From assembly GCF_044704955.1 (NCBI RefSeq), contig NC_091995.1:17918001-17982000 (forward strand): a DNA stretch of 64,000 nucleotides, read 5' to 3'. Below the pieces are notes generated by a model, which saw nothing but the letters and a program-made list of their open reading frames with translations, searched no databases and was not told the DNA's origin. The translations under genes and the position numbers were made by a program. Positions 11,153 through 23,926 of this stretch are shown here, piece by piece. How positions within the stretch are numbered: position 1 is the first letter of the stretch; the number at the start of each line of letters is the position of its first letter. Origin of the DNA: Pristiophorus japonicus (Eukaryota).

Positions 11153-14100
11153 CTGGAGCAACAGAGGACATCAGCAAAGTGATGCATTCACAAAATAAAA
11201 TACGCTGAAGAAATAGAAAGTGGATTCTTAAAAAGTAGTTCTATGTAAACAATTACTTCCTGGGTTGCTGAAGAGCGACTGTGAGCAGGGGAAGACAAAG
11301 AACAGTCAAAGAGCTGAGGTTATTGATTATTTCAGTCGCTTCTTATAGATATTAATTAGTATCGAATAAATTGAATCACATTTTGTGGGCAATTTTAACC
11401 AAATCCACGGAGGAACGGACGGGATCGGGTGCAACGTTGGGTTCACATTCCGCCTGATTTTGAAATAAGTTGGCGAGCAATATAGGGCGGTATTGAACCC
11501 GGCGTTTCATCTGATTCGGTTGGTTTCCCATCCGGTGCATTAAGATGAAATTACCAAAGAATTTGTCAATCACAAGGAATTCAGTAGGGTTCCAATTAGT
11601 GCTGTTACCTGTCTTACGACGCCGGCTGGCAACAACTAAAGTGACTATAACCATGATCAGGAGAGGCACGGCTCGCACAGCAAAGACGAATGGTGTGATC
11701 TTTAGATTGGACTGGCCGTTGCTGCCCTCTTCACCATCTGTGTGTAATTGTTAAGGTTCATTGTGAGACAGACCAGTCAAGAGCAGGGCAATGATCAAAT
11801 TGAGATTTAGCATCAGCAAATGTGACACGGATACTAATCCCTCTTGATATGGGCGATTATATTCATACTTAACATTGGCATACTTCAAACAAGGCCATCG
11901 ATTAAAATGCAAAATGTCACCGGTGGTCAACTGCAGCGTTTCCTTTCCTTGAAGTAACACTGGGAGAATTTTAATGTAAGGATGCTTAGTGGGCTGGTAC
12001 CCAAATCGTTTATTTTAAAAGGGATGTGGTTGGGGTGGGGAAGGGGGGGACGGGGCGGGTGGGTGTGGACGACCGTGTGAGTTCCGTTATCATAGGAAAA
12101 GTAATACGCTATTTAACCCCTCAAGCTTGCTCCGCCATTCAATGAGATCATAGCTGATTTGCAACCTAACTCCATATTCCTGAGTGCCTTTGTTTAACAA
12201 AAAGTTATCTATCACAGATTTTAAATTTACAATTGACTCAGTATCAATTGCCATTTGTGAAAGACAGTGCCAAACTTCGACCACCTATTGTGTGTAGAAG
12301 TGTTTCCTAACTTCGCTCTTGAAAAGTCTGCTTCTAAATGTTAGACTATGCCTCCGGTCCTAGAATCCCCAACTAGCTGAAATAGATTATCTGCATCTTT
12401 CCTATGTGTTACCCTTAATATCTTGAGAGTGTTGCTCCTCCCGCCGAGTTTTCCTGAATTCACTAGACCCTGGAGATTCATGCGGCCCCGAGCACGAACG
12501 AGAAAATTGTCCCCTCATACTTATGGGATGCTTAAGACAAACATCTTGATATTAGATTGCCGAATCTTGGTGGTCAACGCGGTTCTTTCGTGAATCCATC
12601 TTTGCATTTAGATGGACCGCAATGTATTCATTTCTATTGACACACATAACTCTATCTGCCTCTACATCCATTTACAGGCTGGCAATGACATCTAACTTAT
12701 CGACGGATTGACCTGTTATTCCTAATATTGACACGCTGCAATTTCAAGGCTCACGTGTTGCTCTCGGAAAGGGTCTGCAGTTTTCGCCTTACACACTGCA
12801 ACTGCGTTGACCACTGGTCTATAGCCCTACATAAAATGATACCCAACTGAATCTCATTAATATCATCCATCTATTTATTCTAAAAGAAATAATTCTCAGT
12901 ATACGGGCGTCTCGGGCAAGGTTGGCTTTAATTGCCCTTCCCTAATTGCCCTTGGTAAGATTTTGGTTGGCCTTCTGCTTGAACCGCTGCAGTCTATGAG
13001 GTGAAAGTGAACCCACAGTGCTGTTAGGGAGTAGTTACAGGATTTTTAAAGGAACTGCGATACAAGGTCAAGTCAGGATGGCGTGTGACTTGGAGGAGAA
13101 ATTGCTCCCATGCAGCTGCTGCCCTTATCCTTCGAGGTGGCGTTGGTCGCGGGTTTGGGAGTTCCAATTGATTTAATGGATCATTTGGCTATATTGACAA
13201 TATTATTCCCTCCAATCCCATATGATTGCGTTCAATTGCATTCGTAAGAATATCTCCACCAATCCAAACTTACCTTGATCACCATGTTTCACGAGAAGTA
13301 TTGTGCCTGTTCCGTATGCAGTACCGATTCGCGCGAGCTCCACTTTGCAAATATAGAAACCTGTATCTCGGAGGCCCAGTTGGATTATTCTAATAGACGC
13401 TTTTTTCCTTTGGCGGAAATCCTCTTCGTCTGCGCGGAACACTCTACCTCTGTATTCGTCTGTGCTGTTGGAAACTTCAATTCCATGTTTGGAGCCTCGG
13501 TGCCATTTGTAGCCGCCGATTCCTGCGGGACCTTCGTATGTACAGACCAGGTCCGCTGTCTGACCCACGGTTTTGGTGAGAGATTGCGGGCTCTGAAATA
13601 CTGCGATGTTTCCACCATTAACTGTGGAAATGGGAAAAACAGACCATTTATAAATAGGCAGTGCACGTCTTTGCGTTAAAGCACGCCGTGGAAAGCCTCG
13701 TTTTAATCACATATCCTTCTGAGTATTTTGGGTAAGGTATTAATGGCCTTTAATTTGGGGTATAATAAACAGAAAATGCTGGAAATACTCAGCAGTTCGG
13801 GCAGCATTTGTGGAGAGAGAGCAACAGAGTTAACGTTCCGGGTCGATGGCCTTTTACCAGACCTGGAAAACAGGTAGAGATGTGCCAAGTTTTGAGCAAG
13901 TGCAGGGAGCAAGGAAAGAGGGGAGGGGCGGAAAGAAAAGGGAAGGTCTGTGATAGGGTGAAAGGCAGGAGAGATTAATTCACAAAAGGAATGAAGGTGC
14001 AAGGCATAAGGAGATTGTAATGGGACAAGTAATGAAACAAAAGGTGTCTGGAAGAGGTATAAATGGTTAACTTGAGGAACATTGGAACTGGAAATGGAGT

Positions 14101-15551
14101 GTCTTTTGATGTTGTGTGCACTCCTAGGTCAAGTACAGAATGGATCTGGAATAAGGTACCTCTGCCCCTTTCGAAATAAGCATTAATTTAATTTCAGTAC
14201 TCCCGATTGCGTCGGCGTGATATATATATAAGAACATAAGAATTTAAGAATTAGGAGCAGGAGTAGGCCATTCGGCCCGTCGAGCCTGCCCCGCCATTCA
14301 ATAAGATCACCACTGATCTTCCACCTGAACTCCACTTTGCCGCCTGATCTCCATATCACTTGATTCCCTATGACTCCAAAAATCTATCTATCTCACCCTT
14401 GAATATATTCAGAAACTGAGCATCTACAGCTCTCTGGGGTAGAGAATTCCAAAGATTCATGACCCTCTCAGAGAAGAAATTCCTCCTTATCTCCGTCTTA
14501 AATGGCCGACCACTTATTCTGAAACCATGCCCTCAGTTTCAAAATTACCCCCGAGTGAGTCAGTCCCACTCCTTTCCACCATATTTTTGCAATATGTTCC
14601 TTCAAGTATTTATCCACATTCCCTTTTCAAGGCTGCTATTGAATCTGTATCCACCACGCTATGAGGCAGAGTACTCTGGCAATATGTACGTTAGGAAGGA
14701 AAATACATTGTGCGCTCCTGGACCGGAGACAATAAATCTAGTTACCCGAGAGCCGATCCGTGTCTCACGGTTAGCTTGCAATCACTCCCTACTCTTATAA
14801 TCTCACTTTTTCTCACACACACGTATGCACACGTACGATTGGAATGCATTTCTCTCTGTGTGTTCTATGCACAATGCGCTCCTCAACACGCTTTTTACAT
14901 TCTTAGCCTTCACGTCTTGATTTATTTTGTCTTCCCTTCCAATATTGCCAGCCTTGATGCTGCTCTGCGCCATGTGGCATTGGCCTTTCAGCTAAATGCC
15001 TCAATTCAAAATAGGCAACCTCGAAAGCGTTAGCTTCTCTATGCTGACTCCGGCTTAACTGCGGGATTGATTATATTACCAGGACTTGATTCATTACCAC
15101 GGCGCTGAACTTTTAAGATGGCAATTCTCGTGTCTATGAGAATGTCCGCACGAACCTGATGTTGTTTTTTAATTGCAGGCGAGCTGACCATGAAAATAAA
15201 ATTAGTTGAATCTACAATCTGGTATTGAGAACCGCAAATAGCTGATAGCAGAATAAGATTGCATCAGGTTCACAGATGAACTAGTGTTCACATACATAAA
15301 AAAGAAGAGCACATCGCTATGGGTAATTAATAACTAGTTAAATCATGCAATATTTCATTAACGTCATTATGAAATCAATAGAAATGATAATCAGTCTCTG
15401 CGGCCACGCCGCAGCGCCCAGTTTACGCGCAGGGGCTAAGTTGATATTCTCCCCTATGTTTTTATATGAACCTGGTGTGCAAGAAATTGATATTAAAACG
15501 CTGCTTACCGAAGAACATAGTGATTGCCCAGGAAACTGCAGCCCAATGCAT
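11137..15551 (-). CDS. NCR3-like: Gene A: NKp30/NCR3-like single-IgV activating-type receptor; exons 15551-15509, 13621-13274, 11737-11609, 11278-11257, 11152-11137
   Basis: All junctions GT-AG and in phase; leader MHWAAVSWAITMFF, VJ-type IgV, TM FVFAVRAVPLLIMVIVTLVVA with Arg, tail SRRRKTVALQQPRKIDPL*. Confidence 0.85.
11257..11278 (-). CDS. Gene A 22-nt cytoplasmic micro-exon (VALQQPR)
   Basis: Strong polypyrimidine tract tctttgtcttcccctgctcacag; donor gtaatt; phase 1->2. Confidence 0.75.
11386..11556. mobile_element. Palindromic MITE-like element; related copies ~26010-26160 and 57148-57327
   Basis: Termini ggcaattttaacc...gatgaaattacc form an imperfect inverted repeat; internal self-complementarity. 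Confidence 0.5.
11609..11737 (-). CDS. Gene A stalk + transmembrane exon (with Arg)
   Basis: cacacag|129 nt|gtaaca; DGEEGSNGQSNLKITPFVFAVRAVPLLIMVIVTLVVASRRRKT. Confidence 0.88.
12090..12430 (-). mobile_element. CR1 3'-end fragment (shared with 26662-27000)
   Basis: VVEVWHCLSQMAIDTESIVNLKS corresponds to the ORF2 C-terminus, followed by 3'UTR. Confidence 0.75.
13274..13621 (-). CDS. NCR3-like: Gene A Ig V-set (VJ-type) exon, NKp30-like
   Basis: ttccacag|348 nt|gtaagt; B-strand Cys, IGGYKW, EVSNSTDEYRGRV, DTGFYICKVE, GTGT; pattern matches NKp30 IGSVTW / EVRNGTPEFRGRL / DASIYVCRVE / GNGT. Confidence 0.93.
13765..14070. mobile_element. Interspersed repeat (probably a Penelope-like element end); copies ~28323-28625 and 62925-63160, degenerate reverse copies ~8500-8700 and 23145-23330
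   Basis: Shared start aacagaaaatgctggaaatactcagc..gagagagcaacagagttaacg; family assignment is from recollection only. Confidence 0.5.
14230..14550 (-). mobile_element. CR1 3'-end fragment
   Basis: (TAAGAACA)-type tail and ORF2 C-terminal sequence. Confidence 0.8.
15509..15551 (-). CDS. Gene A leader (signal peptide) exon
   Basis: agaATG..43 nt|gtaagc; MHWAAVSWAITMFF; phase 1 matches the V exon; conserved in B. Confidence 0.82.
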
Positions 15552-15669
15552 TCTCGCTGTAGGCTGTGGAAAAATTTCAGAAAAGAAATTCAGATAGTGC
15601 ACAGAGAGGAATATTAGAGTAATGTGCAGTGGGAGAGTGAAGCCGAGTTAGTGTACGGATGTGAGGTAA

Positions 15670-15870
15670 TATCGCCGTTCGTTCACCGTCGCTGGGTCAA
15701 AATTCTGGAACTCCCTCCCGAACAGCACTGTGGGAGCACCTTCACCACACGGACTGCAGCGGTTGCAGAAGGAGGCTCGCCACCACCTTCTCAAGGGCAA
15801 TCAGGAATGGACAATAAATGGTGGCGTTGCCAGCGATGTGCAGAACCCATGAAAGAATTTTTAAAAAGAA
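15670..15870 (+). mobile_element. LINE 3'-end fragment directly upstream of gene A
   Basis: Same family as 32410-32625 and 57365-58115 (ggactgcagcggtt..gaaggcggctc..caataaatg). Confidence 0.7.
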
Positions 15871-16069
15871 AATAAGAAATAGGATGTGGAGTAGGCCGTT
15901 TGGACCCTCGAGTCTACTCAACCATTCAGTAAGATCATGGCTGATCTTTTACCTAAATTCCACCTTCTGCACTATCCCCATATTCCTTAATTCCCTATTT
16001 GCCCCCAAATTTCTTGATTTATGTCTTCAATATAGTCATTTTGCCGATCCAGTCCATGCTGGCATTTAT

Positions 16070-18065
16070 CATAGAATCATCGAATCCTAGAAATTTACCG
16101 CACGGAAGGAGACCATTCCGCCCATCGTGTCCGTGCAGCTGAGAAAGAGCTATACAGCCTAATCCGAATTTCCAGCTTTTGGTCCATAGCCTATTAGGTT
16201 ACGGGCCTTCAAGTGCATAGCCAAGTAATTTTAAATTTGGTGAGGGTTTCTCCCTCTACCACTTATTCACGCAGTAAGTTCCACATCCCCATCACCCTCT
16301 GGATGAAAACATTTCCCCTCAAATCCCCTCTGTACCTCCGACCAATTACATTAAGTCTACGCCTCTGGGTGTTGCCCTCTCTGCTCAGGGAAGTAGGTCT
16401 GTTCAGCCCACTCTATCTAGGTCCCTCATAATTTAATACACCTAAATTTGGTCTCCCCTCAGCCTCCTCTGTTCCAAAGAAAACAAATTCCAGCCTACCA
16501 ATCTTTCCTTATAGATAAAGTTCTCCAGTTCAGGCAACATCCTCGTAAATTTCCTCTGTACCCTCTCGAATGCAATCACATCCGTCCTGTAATATGGTGA
16601 CCAGAGCTGCAATCAGTACTCTAGCTGAAGCCTAGCAGGTGTTTTATAAAGTTCAAACTTAACCTCCCAGCTCTTATAATCTATTCTTCGGGGCTAATAA
16701 AGGAAATATATCATATGCCTTCTTAACCAACTTATCTACTGGTCCTGCTACATTCTGCCATGTCAGACCTTCTCTAAAGCCTTGCTAAATCCATATACCC
16801 TATATAAAATGCACTGCCCGAATCGACCCTCGTTATTATCTCCTCAAAAAATGTAATCAAGTTAGTCAGACGTGAACTTCCCTTAACATATCCATGCAGA
16901 CGACACTTGATCAAACCGTGTCTCTCCAAATGAAAATTTATCCTGTCCCTCAGAATTTTATCCAATACTTTTCACACCACCGAGATTAGGCTGATTGGCC
17001 TCTCATTACTTGCTCTATCGCTTGCTCCCTTTTTAAACAAGAATATAATGTTAGCAGTCCTCTCTTCCTCCGACACCACACCTGTAGCCTGAGAGGATTG
17101 GAAAATGATGGCCGGAGCTTCTGCTCTTTCTTCCCTTGCTTCTCTTAAGAGCCTGGGACGCATTTGATCCGCGACTGGGATGTATCCACTTTCAAAAATG
17201 CAAAGCCCTTAATTCTTCCTTTCTCACTATGTTTATTTAATCTAATGTTTCACACTCATCCTCCCGCATTACAATTTCTGCATCATCCTCTCTTTTGTCA
17301 AGAACCATACCAACATCTGCTGCCTCAACGCACATATTACCTTTATGGTTTCTAATAGGCCCTACTCTTTCTTTAGTTATCTTCTTGCTCTTAATGTATT
17401 TATACAATATGTTTGGTTATTGCTTGACTTTACTTGTCAATATTATTTCTGCCCTCTCTTTGCTTTCCTAATTTCCTTTTTAGTTGCACCCCTGCACTTT
17501 CTATACTCCTGTAGAGTCCCTGCAGTATTGAGCCCTCGGTATCAGTGATAAGCCTCCTTTTAAAACTCCTACCCTGTATGCCCTTTGACATCCAGGGGGC
17601 TCTAGATTTGTTTGTCTGGCCGGTTTACTTTAAAGTAACATACTTATTCTGAACCTTCATGATCTCCTCATTGAATGACTCCCATTGCTCTGTCATCGAT
17701 TTGCCTTCAAGGGGTTGGTTTCAGTCCACTTTGGCCACATCATATCTCAGTTTAGTAAAATTGAACTTTCCATAATTCAGAAATTATATTCCTGGTCTAT
17801 CTTCGTCCTTTTCCATAAATACCCGAAATCAAACAGAATTGTGATCTCGAGCACCACAATTCTCTCCCACTGATATCTCATCCACCTGCCTGGTCTCAAT
17901 CCCTAAAAGTAAGTGCAGAACCGCCTCCTCCCTTGTTGGGCTTGCTATGTACTGGCCAAAAAAAAGTTACACTGAATGCAGTTTAGAAATTCTGCATCGT
18001 CTCTACCCTTGACATTAATTACCACCCATTTAATATTAGGGCAGTTGAAATCTCCTACTATTACC
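16070..18065 (-). mobile_element. Degenerate CR1 ORF2 with internal deletions
   Basis: Minus-strand fragments RDRINFHLERHGLIK..HGYVKG..LTNLITFFEE, PRLLREAREE..IFLFKKG. Confidence 0.85.
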
Positions 18066-18334
18066 GTCGCTCCACTCAAGCCCCCTCCCGTCTTTCTTCA
18101 TCTAAATATTTCAGCATAAACTTCTGTTCCCTCCTCCCTCAAATACGGGTCTAGCCCTCCCCCCCCCCCCCCCGCCTTAAATGCACCTCTACTTTTCACT
18201 TTAACCACTTCCTGTGGTAGAGAGTGCCACATTCTCACCACCCTCTGGGTACAGAAGTTTCTGCTGAATTCCCTATTTGATTTCTTGGTGAAAATTGTAT
18301 TGATGGCCTCACAAGTGGAAACAGGATAAAATGA

Positions 18335-18990
18335 TGTTGATTTTTTCGCATTTCTTCATTGACGTGTTTTCTGTGCAGAATATGGCGCATCTGCAAGTTA
18401 CTAAACTTCATGTCGGGTGTGCTAATCTGCACGAAGCTCCATAACTTCAGCTGGATGCGCACTAGCAATGAGATTTTGCAAAAGAACTTGAGGCAAAGTC
18501 CGTGTCTATTAATGACAACGAGCAGAGTTCAACATCTATAACTGGAGTGCCAGGTGTTGGAGATCAGAAAGCTGCTCAGTTACAAAGACGTATGGTGTTG
18601 CTTCTTACTTATAGTCACGTAATTTACGAGGAACATTCATCAACTTGAGTTGATACTGCACATTGCTGAGGAACTCGTGAGTGAACTCCATACCTGTCTG
18701 TGGTCAGCTCCCTCCTCCTTTCAAGTTAGTGTCATGACATGGAACAACAACAGCAACAGTCCAAAATCTACAGCAACTGATTAAATTCAGACGTTACACC
18801 TGGGCCTTAAATTTACATTGTGCGAATGAACAATAAAGCAAAAGGAAACTTATCGACTTCACGGGCAATCATATTATAGGTCATTTTAAGGAAATTGTTA
18901 AATTGTTCATTTAGAAACACTTCAAAGATTCCAATAAGATAACATGCAAGGGGATTTGATCACATAGAGCGGGTATTTCATTCATTTTTG
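18335..18990. repeat. ~650-bp non-TE-like segment, inverted paralogue of ~33300-33930
   Basis: 18341-18430 reverse-complements to 33841-33930, and similarity continues to the adjoining CR1 tail in both copies. Confidence 0.85.
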
Positions 18991-20352
18991 AATCATAGAC
19001 ATTTACGGAACTGAGGGAGACCAATGGCTCATTGTGTCTGTGTCGGCCAAAAAAAGATCTATCCAGGCTCGTCCTACTTTCCAGCTCTTGGTCCGTAGCC
19101 TTGTAGTGCACTTCAAGTGCATATTCAAGTACTTTTTAAATGTGGTGAAGGTTTCTGCCTCTACCATCCTTTCCGGTGGTGAGTTCCAGATCCCTATAAT
19201 CGTCTGGGTACAAAACCTTCCCCTCAAATCCGCTCTAAACGTTCTACGAATTACTTTAAATCTATGCCCCCTGCTTGTTGTCCTCTCTGCTAACTGAAAT
19301 AGCTGCTTCCTATCAAGTCTATCTAGGTCCGTCATCATGTTATGCACCACAATAAGGTCTCCCCTCAGCCTCCTCCTTTCCAAAGAAAACAACCCCAGCC
19401 TATCCAATCTTTCATCATAAATAAAATTCTCCAGTCCAGGCAACATCCACGTAAATTTCGTCTGGACCCTCTCTCGTGCAATAACATCTTTCCTGTAATG
19501 TGGTGACCAGAACTGCAAGCAGTTCTCTAGCTGTGGCCAAACTAGTGTTTCAGACAGTTCAACTATAACCTGCTTGATCTTGTATTCTATGCCTCGGCTA
19601 ATAAACGCAAGCGTTCCATATGTCTTCTTAACCACCTTATCCATGTTGCCTGTTACTTTCAGGGATCTGTGGACAAGCACTCCAAGGTCCCCTTGTTCAT
19701 CTACACTGCGAACTGGCCTTCCATTTAATGTTTATACCGTTTCCTTATTAGCCCTCCCCAAGTGCATTAACTCACACTTCTCTGAATTAAATTCGATTTA
19801 TCACTGTTCTGCCCACCTGACCAGTAGATTGATATCCTCCTGCAGTCCATTACTTTCCTCTTCATTATCAACCACACAGCTACATTTAGTTTCATCTGCA
19901 AACTTCTTAATCATACCCCCTATATTCAAACCTAGATCATTGATGTATACCACAAAAAGCAATGGACACAGTACTGAGCCCTGCAGAACCCTACTGAAAA
20001 CATCCTTCCAGTCAAAAAAAATCCATTAATCATTACTCTTTGCTTCCTACCTCTAAGCCAATTTTGGATCCAACTTGTCGCTTTGCCCTGGATCCCATGG
20101 GCTTTTTACCTTCGAAACCAGTCTGCCATGTGTGACCTTACCAAAATCTTTGCTAACGTCCACATACACTACATCGTATGCACTACCCTCATCATCCCTC
20201 CTGGTTACCTCCTCGAAAAATTCATTCAGTTTAGTCAAACAGGATCTTCCCATAACAACTCCGTGCTGACTCTCCCTGATTAACCGTTTGCCTTTCTAAA
20301 TGTAGATTTATCCTGTCCCTCAGAAATGTTTGCAATAATTTTCCCACCACTG
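18990..20352 (-). mobile_element. 5'-truncated CR1 (RT to 3' end)
   Basis: GRSCLTKLNEFFEEV, 225-aa ORF 19003-19680 of the RT C-terminal half. Confidence 0.92.
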
Positions 20353-21300
20353 AGGGTTGTGGGGCATCCAAGACGTGATGCCCAATTGATATACCTGACA
20401 GCATAGGATGGTCATGCAGCGTTGGTAATTAACCCTGGGTCTCATCAGAATGCAGGTGAAAGTTGGCTCTATGTTTGTGGATGATGTCATGGATTATTAG
20501 CATGTTGTTGAGGACCAGAAGCCAATCAACAATGGGCCATTGCCAAATTTGCCACTCGCTAGGGGTGACCATAGGGAAACAAGAAGAAAAGACAACCTGT
20601 ACCGTTGCCTTAGAAGTAGTACTAAACTACGCAGCACCACAGGGGTAAATCACAGAGAAGCAGTGTGCGAAATAGGGATCAACTGTGTTGATAACTGCAG
20701 GGTGATAAAGGATATCACACCATGACCACAATCATAGTGGGATATTACTGGTGACCTTAGCCAGGGTAGCCTGGGTGGTGTGGGCCGAAATAAGGGTGGT
20801 TAGAGAGTTAGGTGTTCAGATGCATCTAGTTACCTTAGATAGATTGAGAACTTTAGAGATCGATGCATAGCTGAAGGGAATAGATGCATCGAAGGTGGTC
20901 TTTTTCTGAAAGAGGATAATGCGGACAATTTATTTGAGAGGTACAGCGGCTGAGGAGAGGCAGGGATTCACTGAAAGAAAGTAGTTGAGTTGTTTTTAGG
21001 GGGACTCTGAGCAGTAGGTGGTAAGTCTCATGGCGGTCGAGAGTCTGATAAGAACATTGTCGGCAAAGGTAGAGCGTTGTGGAGTGGGAACTGAAGTGTA
21101 TTGGGCTTGAGAACATCTGCGAGATAGAGAGGACGCAGATAGAAAAGATGGCCGAGAGGATAAAGGTAAGGATGTTTTATTCCAATACAGTAGCTGCTGC
21201 AATTTGGCAAATATGTGTATTCTTTGAAATTCGGGGATATTAAAGCATGATGTGCGAGGCAAATATGAAAAAAGTGTGATATGCAGTGAAGAAGGTTTAG
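20353..21300 (-). mobile_element. Old L2-clade LINE RT fragment
   Basis: Minus strand ATLAKVTS.., ..AVINTVD.., DIIHKHRANFHLHSDETQ, ITSWMPHN. Confidence 0.65.
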
Positions 21301-21999
21301 CGATTTGATGAGAATCATAGGTTCATATAACGTTACAGCACAGAAGGAGCCCATTCGGACCATCGAGCCCGTGTCGGTTCTCTACAAGAGCACTTCAGCT
21401 AAGCCTTGGCGAGTTGCTGCAAGACATCTTGTAGATAGTACACACAGCAGCCAATGTGCGCCGGTGGTGCATGCAGTGAATGTTGAAGATGGTGGATGGG
21501 GTGATACATTGTGAATCCAGGTAAGGTGGATGTAGAAGATACCATGGCACTATAGGAAGAAGAACAGGGAGCTTTCCAGTGCTTCGCTCAAACAATACAT
21601 CCCTCTCCTCAAAAAATTATTACCTGCTCCTTTATCTCATTTGCTGTCTGAGGAACCTTATTTGGCACAAGGCTGAGGTTGTGTTTAACTGCAAAGTAAC
21701 TGTAACTGTCGGGTGCATCTTTGCTGTACTGCCTGAGAGTTCAGCCTGGGAGGAGCAAAGGGGAACGGATGGTTGGGATCAACGCACTGCAGTAACAGAA
21801 GGCGCTGGATTTTACTTTCATCAAAATCAGTGGAAGGAAATTGCAGCAGATTCTGTTGGAAGTGTTGGAACCTTCCCATGGGATTTTATTCCACGATTTC
21901 CCCCGGCGGTGCTTGACGATTAAACATTGAAGAAAAAAGTCTGCCCCTATCTGTCCAATGGTAGTTAGATGGGCAGAGCTTTGAGACATCCGGCAAAGT

Positions 22000-22155
22000 C
22001 ATAATTTCCTGGAGGAGGTTGTTCTACCGATCTCCTAGCGTGACTTGGCTGGAAGTTCACCAGAACCCCGTTTCAGCTAATATGAGCTAAATGAGTTCCG
22101 CTGATCTTCCGCCGTCATTACCGCAGGAGATCGGGAGAACCCGCAGAAGTTATCC
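22000..22155. mobile_element. Palindromic MITE-like hairpin
   Basis: ttctaccgatctcct...tttcagct / agctaaa...aggagatcgggagaa arms are reverse-complementary around aatatg. Confidence 0.55.
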
Positions 22156-22248
22156 CTTCCCTTGAGTGTAACGTAAAGCTTTCATTTCAATAAAAGGCAC
22201 AAAGGAAAATCAACAGAACAACCTGACTTGGGTCAACTGAGTAGAATC

Positions 22249-22254
22249 TTTATT
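22249..22254 (-). promoter_or_regulatory. Putative polyadenylation signal (AATAAA) of gene B
   Basis: Homologous to 7622-7627. Confidence 0.55.
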
Positions 22255-23885
22255 GCGAAAATGTCGCATACTATATAGGATTATTGCGAAATGTAAGAAG
22301 TTACGTGATGACACTAGGTTGATTGAACAGTAACCGGTTCGAACGATGAACATGTTGTTACCCATGTTAACAGATGCAGGAACCTGTTTATTTTCTCGGA
22401 TAGCACACCCCTAAGAATAGGGCATTAATACATGTCATATAAATGTGATCAATGTTCTCAACGAATACTACAGAACCTAATGTTAAAGCATTGGAGATAT
22501 CAAGTCCTTGCGATTGAATAATTTCCATGGAATGTTTTCCGAACATCCGGCGTTGAAGATCCCAGAGGGCCCCGAGTTTCCGCCGAAGTTACAGCGGGAG
22601 AGCGGAACAACTCTGCGAAAATTGAACCCGCTTGTCCATCGGGGAGGGGGTTTCATCATTAAAACGGATTGTGATGGCTCCGCTTACTTCACTGACGAGT
22701 ACAGCACCGCTTCTTCATTCTCGCGAGGCTCTGTTTGATTCTTCTCCTGCAGATTCAGTGTAGCGTATTGCAGCATGTCATCGCCCTCTTCCTATCGAAA
22801 TGACAGTGAATCAGTGTTGAATATTGTAAATTGAATAGAGCGTTTGGCATCAAACATTGTGCAATGATTAAAACCGACATGTGCAATTGAATAGAATTCG
22901 CCTCAGTGAACATTCTACATATAATTAGAATATGACTCCGCCCCTCAAATATTGTAACAGGATAGAACACGCCGTCCTAAATGTTCCTGTTCTTTTGAAT
23001 ATATTTCAGCATGTAAATATAGCACAATTTAAATAATAAACAAGGGGATATAGTCGACCTAAAAGCTGATAATTACAAGTATAATTTTAAAATCCATACA
23101 TTTAGAAGCAATTTACAAATCACACTTAATTAATTCATGAACAGTGGGTCAGTCAGCATCTGGGAAAGACAGATTGACCTTTGGGAATAACCGTTCAGGA
23201 GAACTTTCGGTTCGAATGAAGGGTCCCAGCCCGCCGCTTACCCTGTGTTTTCTCTTTCAAGTGCTGACCTATTTTGCATATCCTGTATTTTCTGTTTTGA
23301 CTTCAGATTTCCAGCATTTGCTGGTTTCCTTCTTGTCTCGACCTATCAAATGATGTGTATGTTTGTATGTGTGCGTGTGTTTGTGTAGAATCCTGGGTGC
23401 CCCTATTTTGGGGTCTATGTTATGCTATGTTATGGTCTGTGTACCTGCTGTATGTGCATGCACCTGCCTGTTGGTGTATGCCAATTTGTCTTTGCGAGTA
23501 TCTGTCTGAATGTGTCTTTCTGTGTGTGTGCAGGCATTTGAATTCTCAGTCTGTCAGATTTCATTTCCTGGTTGGCTCTTTGTCTAATTATAACTAATAT
23601 TCTAGTCCTCAGCTCTATTGCAATTTGATTTTCAACTTGCCGGCGCTTGTGCATAAAACTGGTGTTCGGGATGGGCCGCAATGCTAGCTTTACACCTGTG
23701 TGGCAAGTCGAGAATCTACCCCACATCTTCAAGAGCAAACGTTGAGGCCGTCCAACCTGGTTTCTTTTTTAAATTGTTGCACCCCACGAAGAGAATTGTT
23801 TATATTATAATCTACCTGGAAAAGTAAATAAGCGGTCAGTAGTTTTAAAAATAACATAAATAGCCCAAGTCAATGTGCTACATAC

Positions 23886-23926
23886 CCGATTTGGTCTTCT
23901 GCTCCCAGAGCGGTCATTATTCCCCT
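23886..23926 (-). other. Gene B relic 41-nt tail exon (EGNNDRSGSRRPNR)
   Basis: tttatag|41 nt|gtatgt; homologous to 9250-9290. Confidence 0.68.

Larger units (their letters stand above)
7255..15670. repeat. Tandem segmental duplication, copy 1 (gene A unit); copy 2 is ~20353-31580
   Basis: Co-linear similarity through 3'UTR, introns, shared SINE/CR1 insertions, exons and proximal promoter (e.g. 7546-8960 vs 22176-23600; 14550-15670 vs 30470-31580). Confidence 0.93.

Noticed and set aside
13385-13666. Alternative-frame ORF conserved with 27956-28237
   Set aside because: Begins in intron sequence, and its similarity follows from the overlapping V exon; no independent evidence of coding
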